Shown here: positions 49,782 through 57,831 of the stretch, piece by piece
Numbering within the stretch: position 1 is the first letter of the stretch
Layout of the letters: every line of letters starts with the position of its first letter
DNA from: Calditrichales bacterium
GTDB lineage: Bacteria > Calditrichota > Calditrichia > Calditrichales > J004
Direction: 5' to 3'
Length of the DNA stretch: 64,000 bases
NCBI GenBank assembly: GCA_965267575.1
Contig: OZ254086.1
Span: 3,616,001-3,680,000, forward strand
The notes under the pieces: generated by a model
Told to the model about the DNA's origin: nothing
Seen by the model: only the letters and a program-made list of their open reading frames with translations
Database searches by the model: none
Position numbers and translations under genes: made by a program

Positions 49782-50813
49782 ATGTCTGAAGAAACCAAGA
49801 TTATAAAATCCAAAACGCAGTTAACCAACCTGCAGAAAGCCGCCCTTATTCTCGTGGCGATGGGGCATGACAATGCCGGCGCCATCATGCGCAATTTTAC
49901 CGAAAAAGAGGGCGAGAAAATCTCTATAGAAATCGCCAAAATGCAGAACGTCTCTGTGGACGCCCTGAGCGATACGATAGATGAGTTTTACCAGATGATG
50001 CTGGCTAACCAGTATATCGTGCAGGGGGGCATTCATTACGCCAAGCAGGCGCTGGAGGCTGCATACGGTCTGAAAAAAGCGGAAGAGATATTGAAGCGCG
50101 TTGAAGCCGCGACCGAGGTGAGCGCTTTTTACCTGCTTCAAACAGTGGATGATAAGCAATTGCTCAACTTTTTGCAGAATGAACATCCGCAGACAGCAGC
50201 GTTGATCCTGGCCAATTTAAAGCCGCAGCAGGCAGCCAACGTAATGTCCGAGTTGCCGGAAGATTACCAGTACGAAATCGCTTACCGCGTTGCCACGATG
50301 GAAAAAACGGCGCCGGAACTGATCGATGACATAGAAGATGTGCTGCGTGATCAGATGGGTTCCATCTTTGCCGGCGGTTTAAGCAAAACCGGCGGTGTTG
50401 GTGCCGTAGCCGAAATCCTCAACTCTATCAGCAGAACATCGGAGAAAAACATTCTTAGCCATCTGCGTGAGCGCGACGCCGACCTGGCCACCGAGATCAA
50501 TGATCTTATGTTCATTTTTGAAGACCTGGTTTCGTTGCCGTCAACATCCATCCAGGCCATCCTTAAGGAAGTTAACACCAATACCGTGGCCCTGGCGCTT
50601 AAAGCTACCAGTCCCGAATTGCGTGAAAAGGTATTCGATAACATGTCCGAACGCGCAGCGGCCATGCTGAAAGAAGAACTGGAATACATGGGTTCCGTGC
50701 GCCTCAAGGATGTAGAGAACGCGCAGAAGGAAATCCTCGATGTGGCCCGCAGACTGGAAGAGTCCGGTGAAATCTCACTGGCCCGCGGTGAAGAAGAAGA
50801 ACTAATTGATTAA
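49782..50813 (+). CDS. fliG: Flagellar motor switch protein
   Basis: QKAALIL, GGIHYA, EHPQTAALIL, MFIFEDL and NMSERAA. Confidence 0.97.
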   Translation: MSEETKIIKSKTQLTNLQKAALILVAMGHDNAGAIMRNFTEKEGEKISIEIAKMQNVSVDALSDTIDEFYQMMLANQYIVQGGIHYAKQALEAAYGLKKAEEILKRVEAATEVSAFYLLQTVDDKQLLNFLQNEHPQTAALILANLKPQQAANVMSELPEDYQYEIAYRVATMEKTAPELIDDIEDVLRDQMGSIFAGGLSKTGGVGAVAEILNSISRTSEKNILSHLRERDADLATEINDLMFIFEDLVSLPSTSIQAILKEVNTNTVALALKATSPELREKVFDNMSERAAAMLKEELEYMGSVRLKDVENAQKEILDVARRLEESGEISLARGEEEELID

Positions 50814-50821
50814 GGTAGAAG

Positions 50822-51535
50822 ATGTCTGAAAGCGTCATAAAGCTGAATCGCCGCCCGCGCGGCATAAAGGAGCACAACACGTATAACGCTAATGTTATCA
50901 AGGGTGAGTTTTCTGCAGAAGGACTAAACCCGCGTCCGAAAAAAACGCGTGAAGACGTCATTGAAGAAACCAGGCAAATAAAGCACCTGGAAGACCGCAT
51001 CCGTATTCTGGAGACGGAACTGCAGCATGCCCGCGAGGAGTCTTTTCAGGCGGGTTATGATGAGGGCTGCCAGCGCACCATGAAAGAAGCACAGAATCGC
51101 GTGGAAGCCGTGCAGCACGAAATGAAGCTGCTGGAGCTGCGCTTTCTGGAAGCTCTGGAAAATATGGAGGAACCGCTGCTGGAACTTGCCAAAAAGCTGG
51201 CACGCGAAGTACTCACCATGGAACTGCAGACCCGTGATGATCAGGAGCAAATCCTGCGTAACCGTCTGCACAGCCTGCTTCAAGACGTGGTTGAACAGCA
51301 CAGTTTTATAGTGGAAGTGCATCCGGACCACCTGGACAAGCTGGGCAAGGGCGAGATCCGCCAAATGCTGAACCTTGAGCAGGACAGCGAGGTGCGGGTA
51401 CGTGGTAAAGCCGGGCTGGAGCCGGGCGAATTGCGCGTGACGACAGAAGATTATTACGTGGACGGCACATACGACAATCATATAGACAAGATGGCTGACG
51501 CTGTGGAAAAAGAGAAGGAAGACGACGATGAGTAA
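50822..51535 (+). CDS. fliH: Flagellar assembly protein
   Basis: AREESFQAGYDEG, VHPD and LEPGELRVTT; between fliG and fliI. Confidence 0.88.
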   Translation: MSESVIKLNRRPRGIKEHNTYNANVIKGEFSAEGLNPRPKKTREDVIEETRQIKHLEDRIRILETELQHAREESFQAGYDEGCQRTMKEAQNRVEAVQHEMKLLELRFLEALENMEEPLLELAKKLAREVLTMELQTRDDQEQILRNRLHSLLQDVVEQHSFIVEVHPDHLDKLGKGEIRQMLNLEQDSEVRVRGKAGLEPGELRVTTEDYYVDGTYDNHIDKMADAVEKEKEDDDE

Positions 51536-52850
51536 TCTGCAGCAACGCTTCGCCTTTTTGTCGTCGATGGTCGGCAAGGTGCACCCCTGGATCGCTGACG
51601 GGCGCGTAACCAAGGTGAGCGGCCTGGTTATTGAAGCGACCGCTTTGCACGGCACGGTAGGAGATATCTGTGATATCTACATGCCCAACCAAAAATCCAT
51701 ACGCGCCGAGATCGTCGGCTTTCGTAACAAACACATTTTATTAATGCCGTTGGGTGAAACTGTCGGCGTGGCGCCCGGCTCACGGGTACGTTTAAATCCC
51801 AAGCCGCTGCGTGTCCCCGTGGGCAATCACCTGTTAGGCCGCATTCTCGATGGTCTGGGTAAACCGATCGACGGCAAGGGCCCGATTTACGCCCGGACGC
51901 AGCGCAGCGTATACAATACGCCGCCGAACCCGCTGGTGCGTGACCGAATTACCCAGCGCCTGGAAACAGGCATACGCGCGATTGACGGGCTGCTAACTCT
52001 GGGAAAAGGGCAGCGCGCGGGTATCTTCGCCGGGTCCGGTGTGGGCAAGAGCGTTTTGCTGGGCATGATGAGCCGCTATACCGACGCCGATGTAAACGTT
52101 ATCGCGCTGATTGGCGAGCGGGGTCGTGAAGTGCGTGAATTTATCGAGCGCGACCTTGGTCCGGAAGGGCTGGAACGGTCGGTTGTAGTAGTAGCCACAT
52201 CAGACCAGCCGGCGACAGTAAGGATTAAGTGCAGCCTTGTCGCTACAACAATCGCAGAATATTTCCGCGACCAGGGCTTAAATGTACTGCTGATGATGGA
52301 CTCTTTAACACGAGTGGCCATGGCGCAACGAGAAATTGGCCTGGCGATTGGCGAGCCGCCGGCTTCCAAAGGCTATACGCCGTCGGTTTTTGCGCAAATG
52401 CCGCGCCTTCTGGAGCGTGCAGGAAACAGTGACAAGGGCAGTATTACGGGCCTGTACACGGTGCTGGTGGACGGTGATGACATGGATGAGCCTATTGCCG
52501 ACGCCGCCCGTTCGATTCTGGACGGACACATTGTCCTGTCCCGGCGGATTGCCACGAAAGGGCATTACCCGGCCATTGATGTGCTGGAAAGCGTGAGCCG
52601 CGTAAAAAATGATATCATCCCTGACAGCCAGAAGGCTCAATCGCAGCGTGTGCTTGCGCAAATGGCAACATATCGCGAAGCAGAAGACCTGATCAACATC
52701 GGTGCATACAGCAAGGGGTCCAGTACCGAAATAGATAAGGCAATCGCCAACATTAAAAATATCAACAACTTTCTGCGCCAGGACCTGAATGAGAAGACAG
52801 AATATCTGCAGGTGCTTGAAAACCTGGAACAGGTGAACAGGGGCGCTTAG
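51528..52850 (+). CDS. fliI: Flagellar export ATPase
   Basis: GSGVGKS, LIGERGREV, MDSLTR, GEPP and YPAIDVL. Confidence 0.97.
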   Translation: MSNLQQRFAFLSSMVGKVHPWIADGRVTKVSGLVIEATALHGTVGDICDIYMPNQKSIRAEIVGFRNKHILLMPLGETVGVAPGSRVRLNPKPLRVPVGNHLLGRILDGLGKPIDGKGPIYARTQRSVYNTPPNPLVRDRITQRLETGIRAIDGLLTLGKGQRAGIFAGSGVGKSVLLGMMSRYTDADVNVIALIGERGREVREFIERDLGPEGLERSVVVVATSDQPATVRIKCSLVATTIAEYFRDQGLNVLLMMDSLTRVAMAQREIGLAIGEPPASKGYTPSVFAQMPRLLERAGNSDKGSITGLYTVLVDGDDMDEPIADAARSILDGHIVLSRRIATKGHYPAIDVLESVSRVKNDIIPDSQKAQSQRVLAQMATYREAEDLINIGAYSKGSSTEIDKAIANIKNINNFLRQDLNEKTEYLQVLENLEQVNRGA

Positions 52851-52851
52851 C

Positions 52852-53295
52852 ATGGCAAAATTTTCCTTCCCGCTGCAAAGGGTTCTGGACGTTCGGAAAC
52901 ACCTGGAAAATCAGAAAGCGCAGGAATTAAGCATCGCCCGCAACAAGATGCACCATGAGCAGCAGCAGATGAACGAGATGAAAGAAAAGAAACAGGGACA
53001 GATGGTCACGCCGGAAAAAGGGACCGTAAATATGAGCGAAGTTTTTGCACGCATGGCCTATGTGGGACAAATAAACAAACAGATTTCAGAGCAGCAAAAA
53101 AAGATGAATGCAACCCAAAGGGAAATCGAAAAAAAGCGGGCCATATTGAACGAAGCTGTAAAAGAGCGCAAGGCCGTGGAGATCCTGAAGGATAAACACC
53201 GCCTCGAATTTAAAAAACAGGAAAACCGCGAGTACGCCAAGCGCGAAAACGAGGTGGCCCTGCGCATGAAAACCTATAAGCAGGATGAAGCATGA
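52852..53295 (+). CDS. fliJ: Flagellar export protein
   Basis: MAKFSFPLQRVLDVR...ERKAVEILK; position after fliI. Confidence 0.9.
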   Translation: MAKFSFPLQRVLDVRKHLENQKAQELSIARNKMHHEQQQMNEMKEKKQGQMVTPEKGTVNMSEVFARMAYVGQINKQISEQQKKMNATQREIEKKRAILNEAVKERKAVEILKDKHRLEFKKQENREYAKRENEVALRMKTYKQDEA

Positions 53296-53810
53296 AGATC
53301 GTTATCTACTTCTTTGCCGGCTTGATGCTGCTGATAGGTGTGACTTACGGTACGTTGCGCTACCTGCGCGTTCAGCAGGAAAAGGTGCTGGAAGAGGTTA
53401 CGGCGGCAGACAGCCTGGGCAATACAAAACCGCTTTCGGAGAAAGACAGCCTGCGCCTGGCCCTGAACGAATATGAAGAGATGCTGACCGGCAAGCAAAG
53501 CAAAATGGACAGCCTTCTGGATGTACTGGGCAGCAAGGATAAACAACTCTCCAGTAAGGAAGAAGCTCTGGAAAAACTGGAAAATATGCGCGAAGAACAA
53601 AACCGCAAGATAGATAAAGCCAAAGAGATGGCCAAGACATTTGAAAAGATGGCTGTAAAAGAAATCGCGCCGATTTTGCGCAACCTGGAAGACGATATTG
53701 TGATGCTGATCTATGAGACAACGAGCAATCGCAACAAGAAAAACATTTTGCTGGCCGTTGGCGAAAAGCGCGCGGCGGCGATGACACGTCAATTCATAAA
53801 CGAGAACTAA
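53292..53810 (+). CDS. MotE/FlbB-like membrane-anchored flagellar protein
   Basis: N-terminal TM, coiled coil, then AKTFEKMAVKEIAPIL...ILLAV..KRAA (MgtE_N-like); position between fliJ and fliK. Confidence 0.75.
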   Translation: MKIVIYFFAGLMLLIGVTYGTLRYLRVQQEKVLEEVTAADSLGNTKPLSEKDSLRLALNEYEEMLTGKQSKMDSLLDVLGSKDKQLSSKEEALEKLENMREEQNRKIDKAKEMAKTFEKMAVKEIAPILRNLEDDIVMLIYETTSNRNKKNILLAVGEKRAAAMTRQFINEN

Positions 53811-53813
53811 GCT

Positions 53814-56603
53814 ATGATAAACAAGGACGCGGGTATTCAGATAGGGAAGCTGCTGGGAATGAACATAAAGCTTAAGGGCGCCAAACAACACGCGTCGGCG
53901 GGCTCCTTTTTCGGCTTTCTTTTAAAAAACCTGGGACCGAAAAGCGATTTGGGCGGATGGGCCAAAACAGCTGCCAAAATCCAGCCAACCGCCGGGAGCA
54001 GTGCTGCCAACCCCAAGGGCAATCCTGCGAAAGCGCAATCAACAATACAAATGGGCGGTGCAACGCTGGAACTGGAACAGCAGGAGACACTGCAGTTTGC
54101 GCCTGCAAAAGAGCTGGCCGCTTTTCGGGCAGAAATCCGCAAAGTATCCGGGCAGGCCGGTTTAAAACCCCTGGCCGATGAAATCTCGCAACTGCCGGAT
54201 GACAAGCTTGCCATGGTATGGCTTTCCATGAAGGCGATACAAAGTGTGGTACAGGCTTATTCGGAAGCCGGACAATCCGCAGACGCAGAGCATACGATTG
54301 TACAATTTGTTGCGAAAAACGGGCAGATTGAACAGCTGGCTATCGCCGAAAACGGTGAAGGCAAGATATCAATTAAAGGTAGTGCGGAACTGACAAGTCT
54401 TTTGGGCAAGGCACTGCCCCTTTTCAAAAAGATAGACAACTCGTTGGCAAAAGCAGAAATCAGTCTGACCGGGCAGGCGGTGGTTGATACCGCGCAAACT
54501 GCGGCCGGGGAAAAAGCAGTATCGCTGGAAACTAAAAGTGAGAACGGCGGGGCCATAGCAGGGAAAACTACTGTATCTTCACAGCCGGAAAGCGCGCAGG
54601 CGGCAAAGGCCGCTAAAGCGGACGTCTCAAAATTCAACCGAGCAGGGAAACAAAACGAAGTGTTTGTTCAGGGACAAAAAAACGCCAATCATGCTGGCGG
54701 GTCAGATCTGTCATCCCAGGTTAAAAATGGTGCGCCTGAAGTTTCTGTTGATGGCGTTAAGGAAAAAGTTTTATCAAAGCAGGCTGCAACAAATGGGGGT
54801 GCTGACGCCAAAAATAACACCGTTAAGGGACATGCGGTAGAAACTGTTGCCACGGAAACAAAATTGCAAGTGAAAGAAGGCAGCGAGGCCGTTCTTAAAG
54901 CGTTGCAGGAAAACAGTCCTCAGCTGGCAAGATCGCTGGAGGCTTTGACAAAAGAGCCTGGCGATGCTTTGCAAAAAATCAGCAAGGAAGTTTTTTCTTC
55001 TGAAAAAAACGGGGTAACGGTTTCGCTGGAAAAGGGCAGGTTTATCATAAAGACCGGTCAGCCGCTGACAAAAAGCACCGTTTCCAAAATCGCCGGCGAA
55101 ATAGCAGCTAATCTGCCTGAAGACATGGCACCCGTTAAAATTGAAACGCGCCAGGAAATGGCGATTCAAAACGGGATAAAAAATGGCATAGAGGCAGCAT
55201 CAAAGAATCAAAACACGGCTGAATTTTACAAGGTTGCTGAAAATGTTATCGCACAGGAGCGGCCTGCTTTGCTGACGGCTTTGAAAACTTTTACAGCAGA
55301 CCCGGATAAAAACAGCCCTAAGCTGTTATGGCAATCTAAAAATAAAGCGTTTTCGCTTGTTGCGGATAAGGGCAATCTAATTGTACACGGTAAAGAGCCA
55401 TTGGCTGATCCAAATATTCAAAAGATTGCCGGACTTATTCGCAATCTGGCCCCGGCCGCACTTAAAGAGAAGAGCATGGAAGTTCGGTCCGATTTCAGCC
55501 AGGCCTTAGCCATAAAGGAAACGGTGGCGGGCAGCGCGTCCCGGCAGAATCCTTCTGTTACAGCGGAGCAGCCGGCTGCGAGTGAGGTAATTAAACAAGC
55601 ACCCGCGAGAGAGGCGGCGCTTCGCACTGAAACGATCGCCCAACAGCCACAGCACGAGAGGGTGCCTGTAACTCCAGAACGTACCCGAATTCCGTTAAAG
55701 CAGAAGGTGCATATACTTAGTTTTGATATTGAGACACCTGCGGTTGAAAAGATTAAACCACAGGTAACAGAAAAATCCGCCTCATTGCCGGCGGCCGGGG
55801 AAAAAGCGGCAGCTGCAAAGAGTACCGAAAATAATATAATGGTGCGTTTAAACAGTGAACGCATTGTGATTACGCGTCCCGCCGAAAGCCCGTCCGCTGT
55901 ACCCAATACTGCATCAGCGCAAAAGGAAAGCGTATCGGTTGAAAACGGCGGTAAACTCAATTCACAGGTCGCGGCAAGTAACACGGATAAGCCGCTGCAG
56001 AACGAGGAACAGGGCAAACAATTTATGAATCAAAACAGCAGCGATGAAAAAGGCAATCGGGCATTTTCTGATAATGCCGCCCCTGAAAAGCGGATTGCCG
56101 GGAAAACGATTAAAGAAGTGTTTACGCTTAATCAGACGCAAGCACAACCGGCTGTAAAAGAAGGACTTCCTCTGGGCAGGATGCAAATGGCCCAGACTGT
56201 TCAAAAGCTGGTTGAAGTGATCGAAACATACAACGCGCAGCGCCGCAACCTGGTGCAGGAAGCGCGCCTCCACGTTGAAACAGATACGCTTGGCGATATG
56301 GAAGTGCGTGTGCGCAACGGGCGTCAGGCTACGCTGGTAATGCTCGTTGAAAACGACGCCGCGAAGCAGGAAGTGGCGCGCATGCTGCCGCAGCTTAGTG
56401 AAAGCCTGGCGGGCAAGGGGCTGACATTCTCATCCATCCAGGTGGACGTGGGTCAATCTCAGGAACGCGACAAAAACAAAGCAAGCGGGCGTTCCACAGG
56501 AAAAAACAGGGTTGAACAAACAGAGGAGGAAGGACATGACGTGAAGCAGCAACAGCCGGGGCAAAAACGCTACGGCTATAATACAATGGAAGTAATCGCA
56601 TAA
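53814..56603 (+). CDS. fliK: Flagellar hook-length control protein (very long)
   Basis: Long A/K/S-rich region; C-terminal ARLHVETDTLGDMEVRV...LPQLSESLAGKGL; precedes flgD. Confidence 0.85.
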   Translation: MINKDAGIQIGKLLGMNIKLKGAKQHASAGSFFGFLLKNLGPKSDLGGWAKTAAKIQPTAGSSAANPKGNPAKAQSTIQMGGATLELEQQETLQFAPAKELAAFRAEIRKVSGQAGLKPLADEISQLPDDKLAMVWLSMKAIQSVVQAYSEAGQSADAEHTIVQFVAKNGQIEQLAIAENGEGKISIKGSAELTSLLGKALPLFKKIDNSLAKAEISLTGQAVVDTAQTAAGEKAVSLETKSENGGAIAGKTTVSSQPESAQAAKAAKADVSKFNRAGKQNEVFVQGQKNANHAGGSDLSSQVKNGAPEVSVDGVKEKVLSKQAATNGGADAKNNTVKGHAVETVATETKLQVKEGSEAVLKALQENSPQLARSLEALTKEPGDALQKISKEVFSSEKNGVTVSLEKGRFIIKTGQPLTKSTVSKIAGEIAANLPEDMAPVKIETRQEMAIQNGIKNGIEAASKNQNTAEFYKVAENVIAQERPALLTALKTFTADPDKNSPKLLWQSKNKAFSLVADKGNLIVHGKEPLADPNIQKIAGLIRNLAPAALKEKSMEVRSDFSQALAIKETVAGSASRQNPSVTAEQPAASEVIKQAPAREAALRTETIAQQPQHERVPVTPERTRIPLKQKVHILSFDIETPAVEKIKPQVTEKSASLPAAGEKAAAAKSTENNIMVRLNSERIVITRPAESPSAVPNTASAQKESVSVENGGKLNSQVAASNTDKPLQNEEQGKQFMNQNSSDEKGNRAFSDNAAPEKRIAGKTIKEVFTLNQTQAQPAVKEGLPLGRMQMAQTVQKLVEVIETYNAQRRNLVQEARLHVETDTLGDMEVRVRNGRQATLVMLVENDAAKQEVARMLPQLSESLAGKGLTFSSIQVDVGQSQERDKNKASGRSTGKNRVEQTEEEGHDVKQQQPGQKRYGYNTMEVIA

Positions 56604-56616
56604 CGGAGTAAGAGCT

Positions 56617-57321
56617 ATGATTACACCTCTCAATGAGATCATGAACGCAGGCCCGACTACTTTTGGGCAAAAGACATCCGCCGGTGATGAGCTGGGCAAA
56701 CAGGAGTTTTTAACGCTTCTGGTGGCGCAACTCAAAAACCAGGATCCTCTTTCGCCGCTGGAGAGTCAGGAGTTTGCGGCGCAGTTGGCTCAGTTCAGTT
56801 CCGTTGAGCAGCTTACCAGCATTGATACCAACATAAAGGACGGTATCGACACCGACATGGTGTTAAGCCAGACGATCAATAATACGCTGGCAACGGCACT
56901 GATCGGCAAAGAGGTAACTGCCCAGGGCAACCGCATTGAGTTCAACGGTGAAGATCCGGTTAAGCTTTATTACATGCTTCCGGACTACGCCGATTCGGTC
57001 ACCATCGATGTGCTGGATGGAGCGGGTAATGTCGTAAGGACACTTTCCGCGGGCAGCGTTTCCGATGGCATCCGTTCGCTAGAATGGGACGGTAAAGACA
57101 AAAACGGCAATATGCTGCCTGAAGGCGGCTACAGCTTCGAGGTATCTGCCGTGGACAGAGACGGCCAGGCGCTCGATGTAATACCGCTGATCAAAGGTTT
57201 GGCCCGTTCACTGCAGTATAACGCAGGCGGCGCCGTGCTGATGGTTGGCAACACACGCGTCAGTTTTGGCGATGTACTTGAAATTAGTGCCGGATTAGGA
57301 GATAACGATGAAGGCCGCTGA
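56617..57321 (+). CDS. flgD: Flagellar hook capping protein
   Basis: FLTLLVAQLKNQDPLSP, AQLAQFSSVEQL and WDGKD. Confidence 0.96.
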   Translation: MITPLNEIMNAGPTTFGQKTSAGDELGKQEFLTLLVAQLKNQDPLSPLESQEFAAQLAQFSSVEQLTSIDTNIKDGIDTDMVLSQTINNTLATALIGKEVTAQGNRIEFNGEDPVKLYYMLPDYADSVTIDVLDGAGNVVRTLSAGSVSDGIRSLEWDGKDKNGNMLPEGGYSFEVSAVDRDGQALDVIPLIKGLARSLQYNAGGAVLMVGNTRVSFGDVLEISAGLGDNDEGR

Positions 57322-57715
57322 TTTACAAATGCGCGCTAACCTTAACCCGCTGCAGCCGGGAAAGGTTAATCCGGGCGGGCAGGGCACCAAAACACCGGCA
57401 GCGGGACAACCCGGGCAGGTTAATTTTGGCGATGTGCTCAACCAAAACCTGGAAAAAACCGACACGGTTAAGTTTTCCGCCCACGCGGTTAAAAGGCTGG
57501 AAGAACGCTCGGTACATATCGGCGCCAATGAAATGGAACGGATAAACAACGGCGTGAAGCAGCTGGATGCCAAAGGCGGGAAAAATTCCCTGGTAATGTT
57601 GAACGACACGGCCTTCGTGGTCAGCGTTCGCAACCGGGTGGTGATAACCGCAGTGGATAAGAGCAGCGCACAAAACAATGTTTTCACGAATATCGACAGT
57701 GTCGCTTTCGTGTAA
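57308..57715 (+). CDS. Putative flagellar operon protein (TIGR02530/Flagellar_put type)
   Basis: KFSAHAVKRLEER, SLV, AFVVSVRNRVVITA and NVFTNIDS; position between flgD and flgE. Confidence 0.88.
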   Translation: MKAADLQMRANLNPLQPGKVNPGGQGTKTPAAGQPGQVNFGDVLNQNLEKTDTVKFSAHAVKRLEERSVHIGANEMERINNGVKQLDAKGGKNSLVMLNDTAFVVSVRNRVVITAVDKSSAQNNVFTNIDSVAFV

Positions 57716-57741
57716 GCACAATTAACTAAACATGTTTAATT

Positions 57742-57816
57742 GGGCCGGACCTGATAAACCGGAACAGGAGTTCCGCTGGGAGGCCCCCGGTTTTGCCGAA
57801 CGACAGAGGCAAAGCC
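57742..57816 (+). ncRNA. Candidate structured cis-regulatory RNA in the flgE leader
   Basis: P1 GGGCC(57742-46)/GGCCC(57782-86) with an internal GGA/GA loop; inner hairpin CGGAAC-AGGA-GTTCCG; P2 GGTTTTGCC/GGCAAAGCC with loop GAACGACAGA, ending just before the RBS. Confidence 0.6.
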
Positions 57817-57831
57817 AACAAGGAGGGAATT

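Noticed and set aside
57727..57738. Palindrome TAAACATGTTTA before the flgE leader as an operator
   Set aside because: Single AT-rich 12-mer with no second copy noticed; may be chance.
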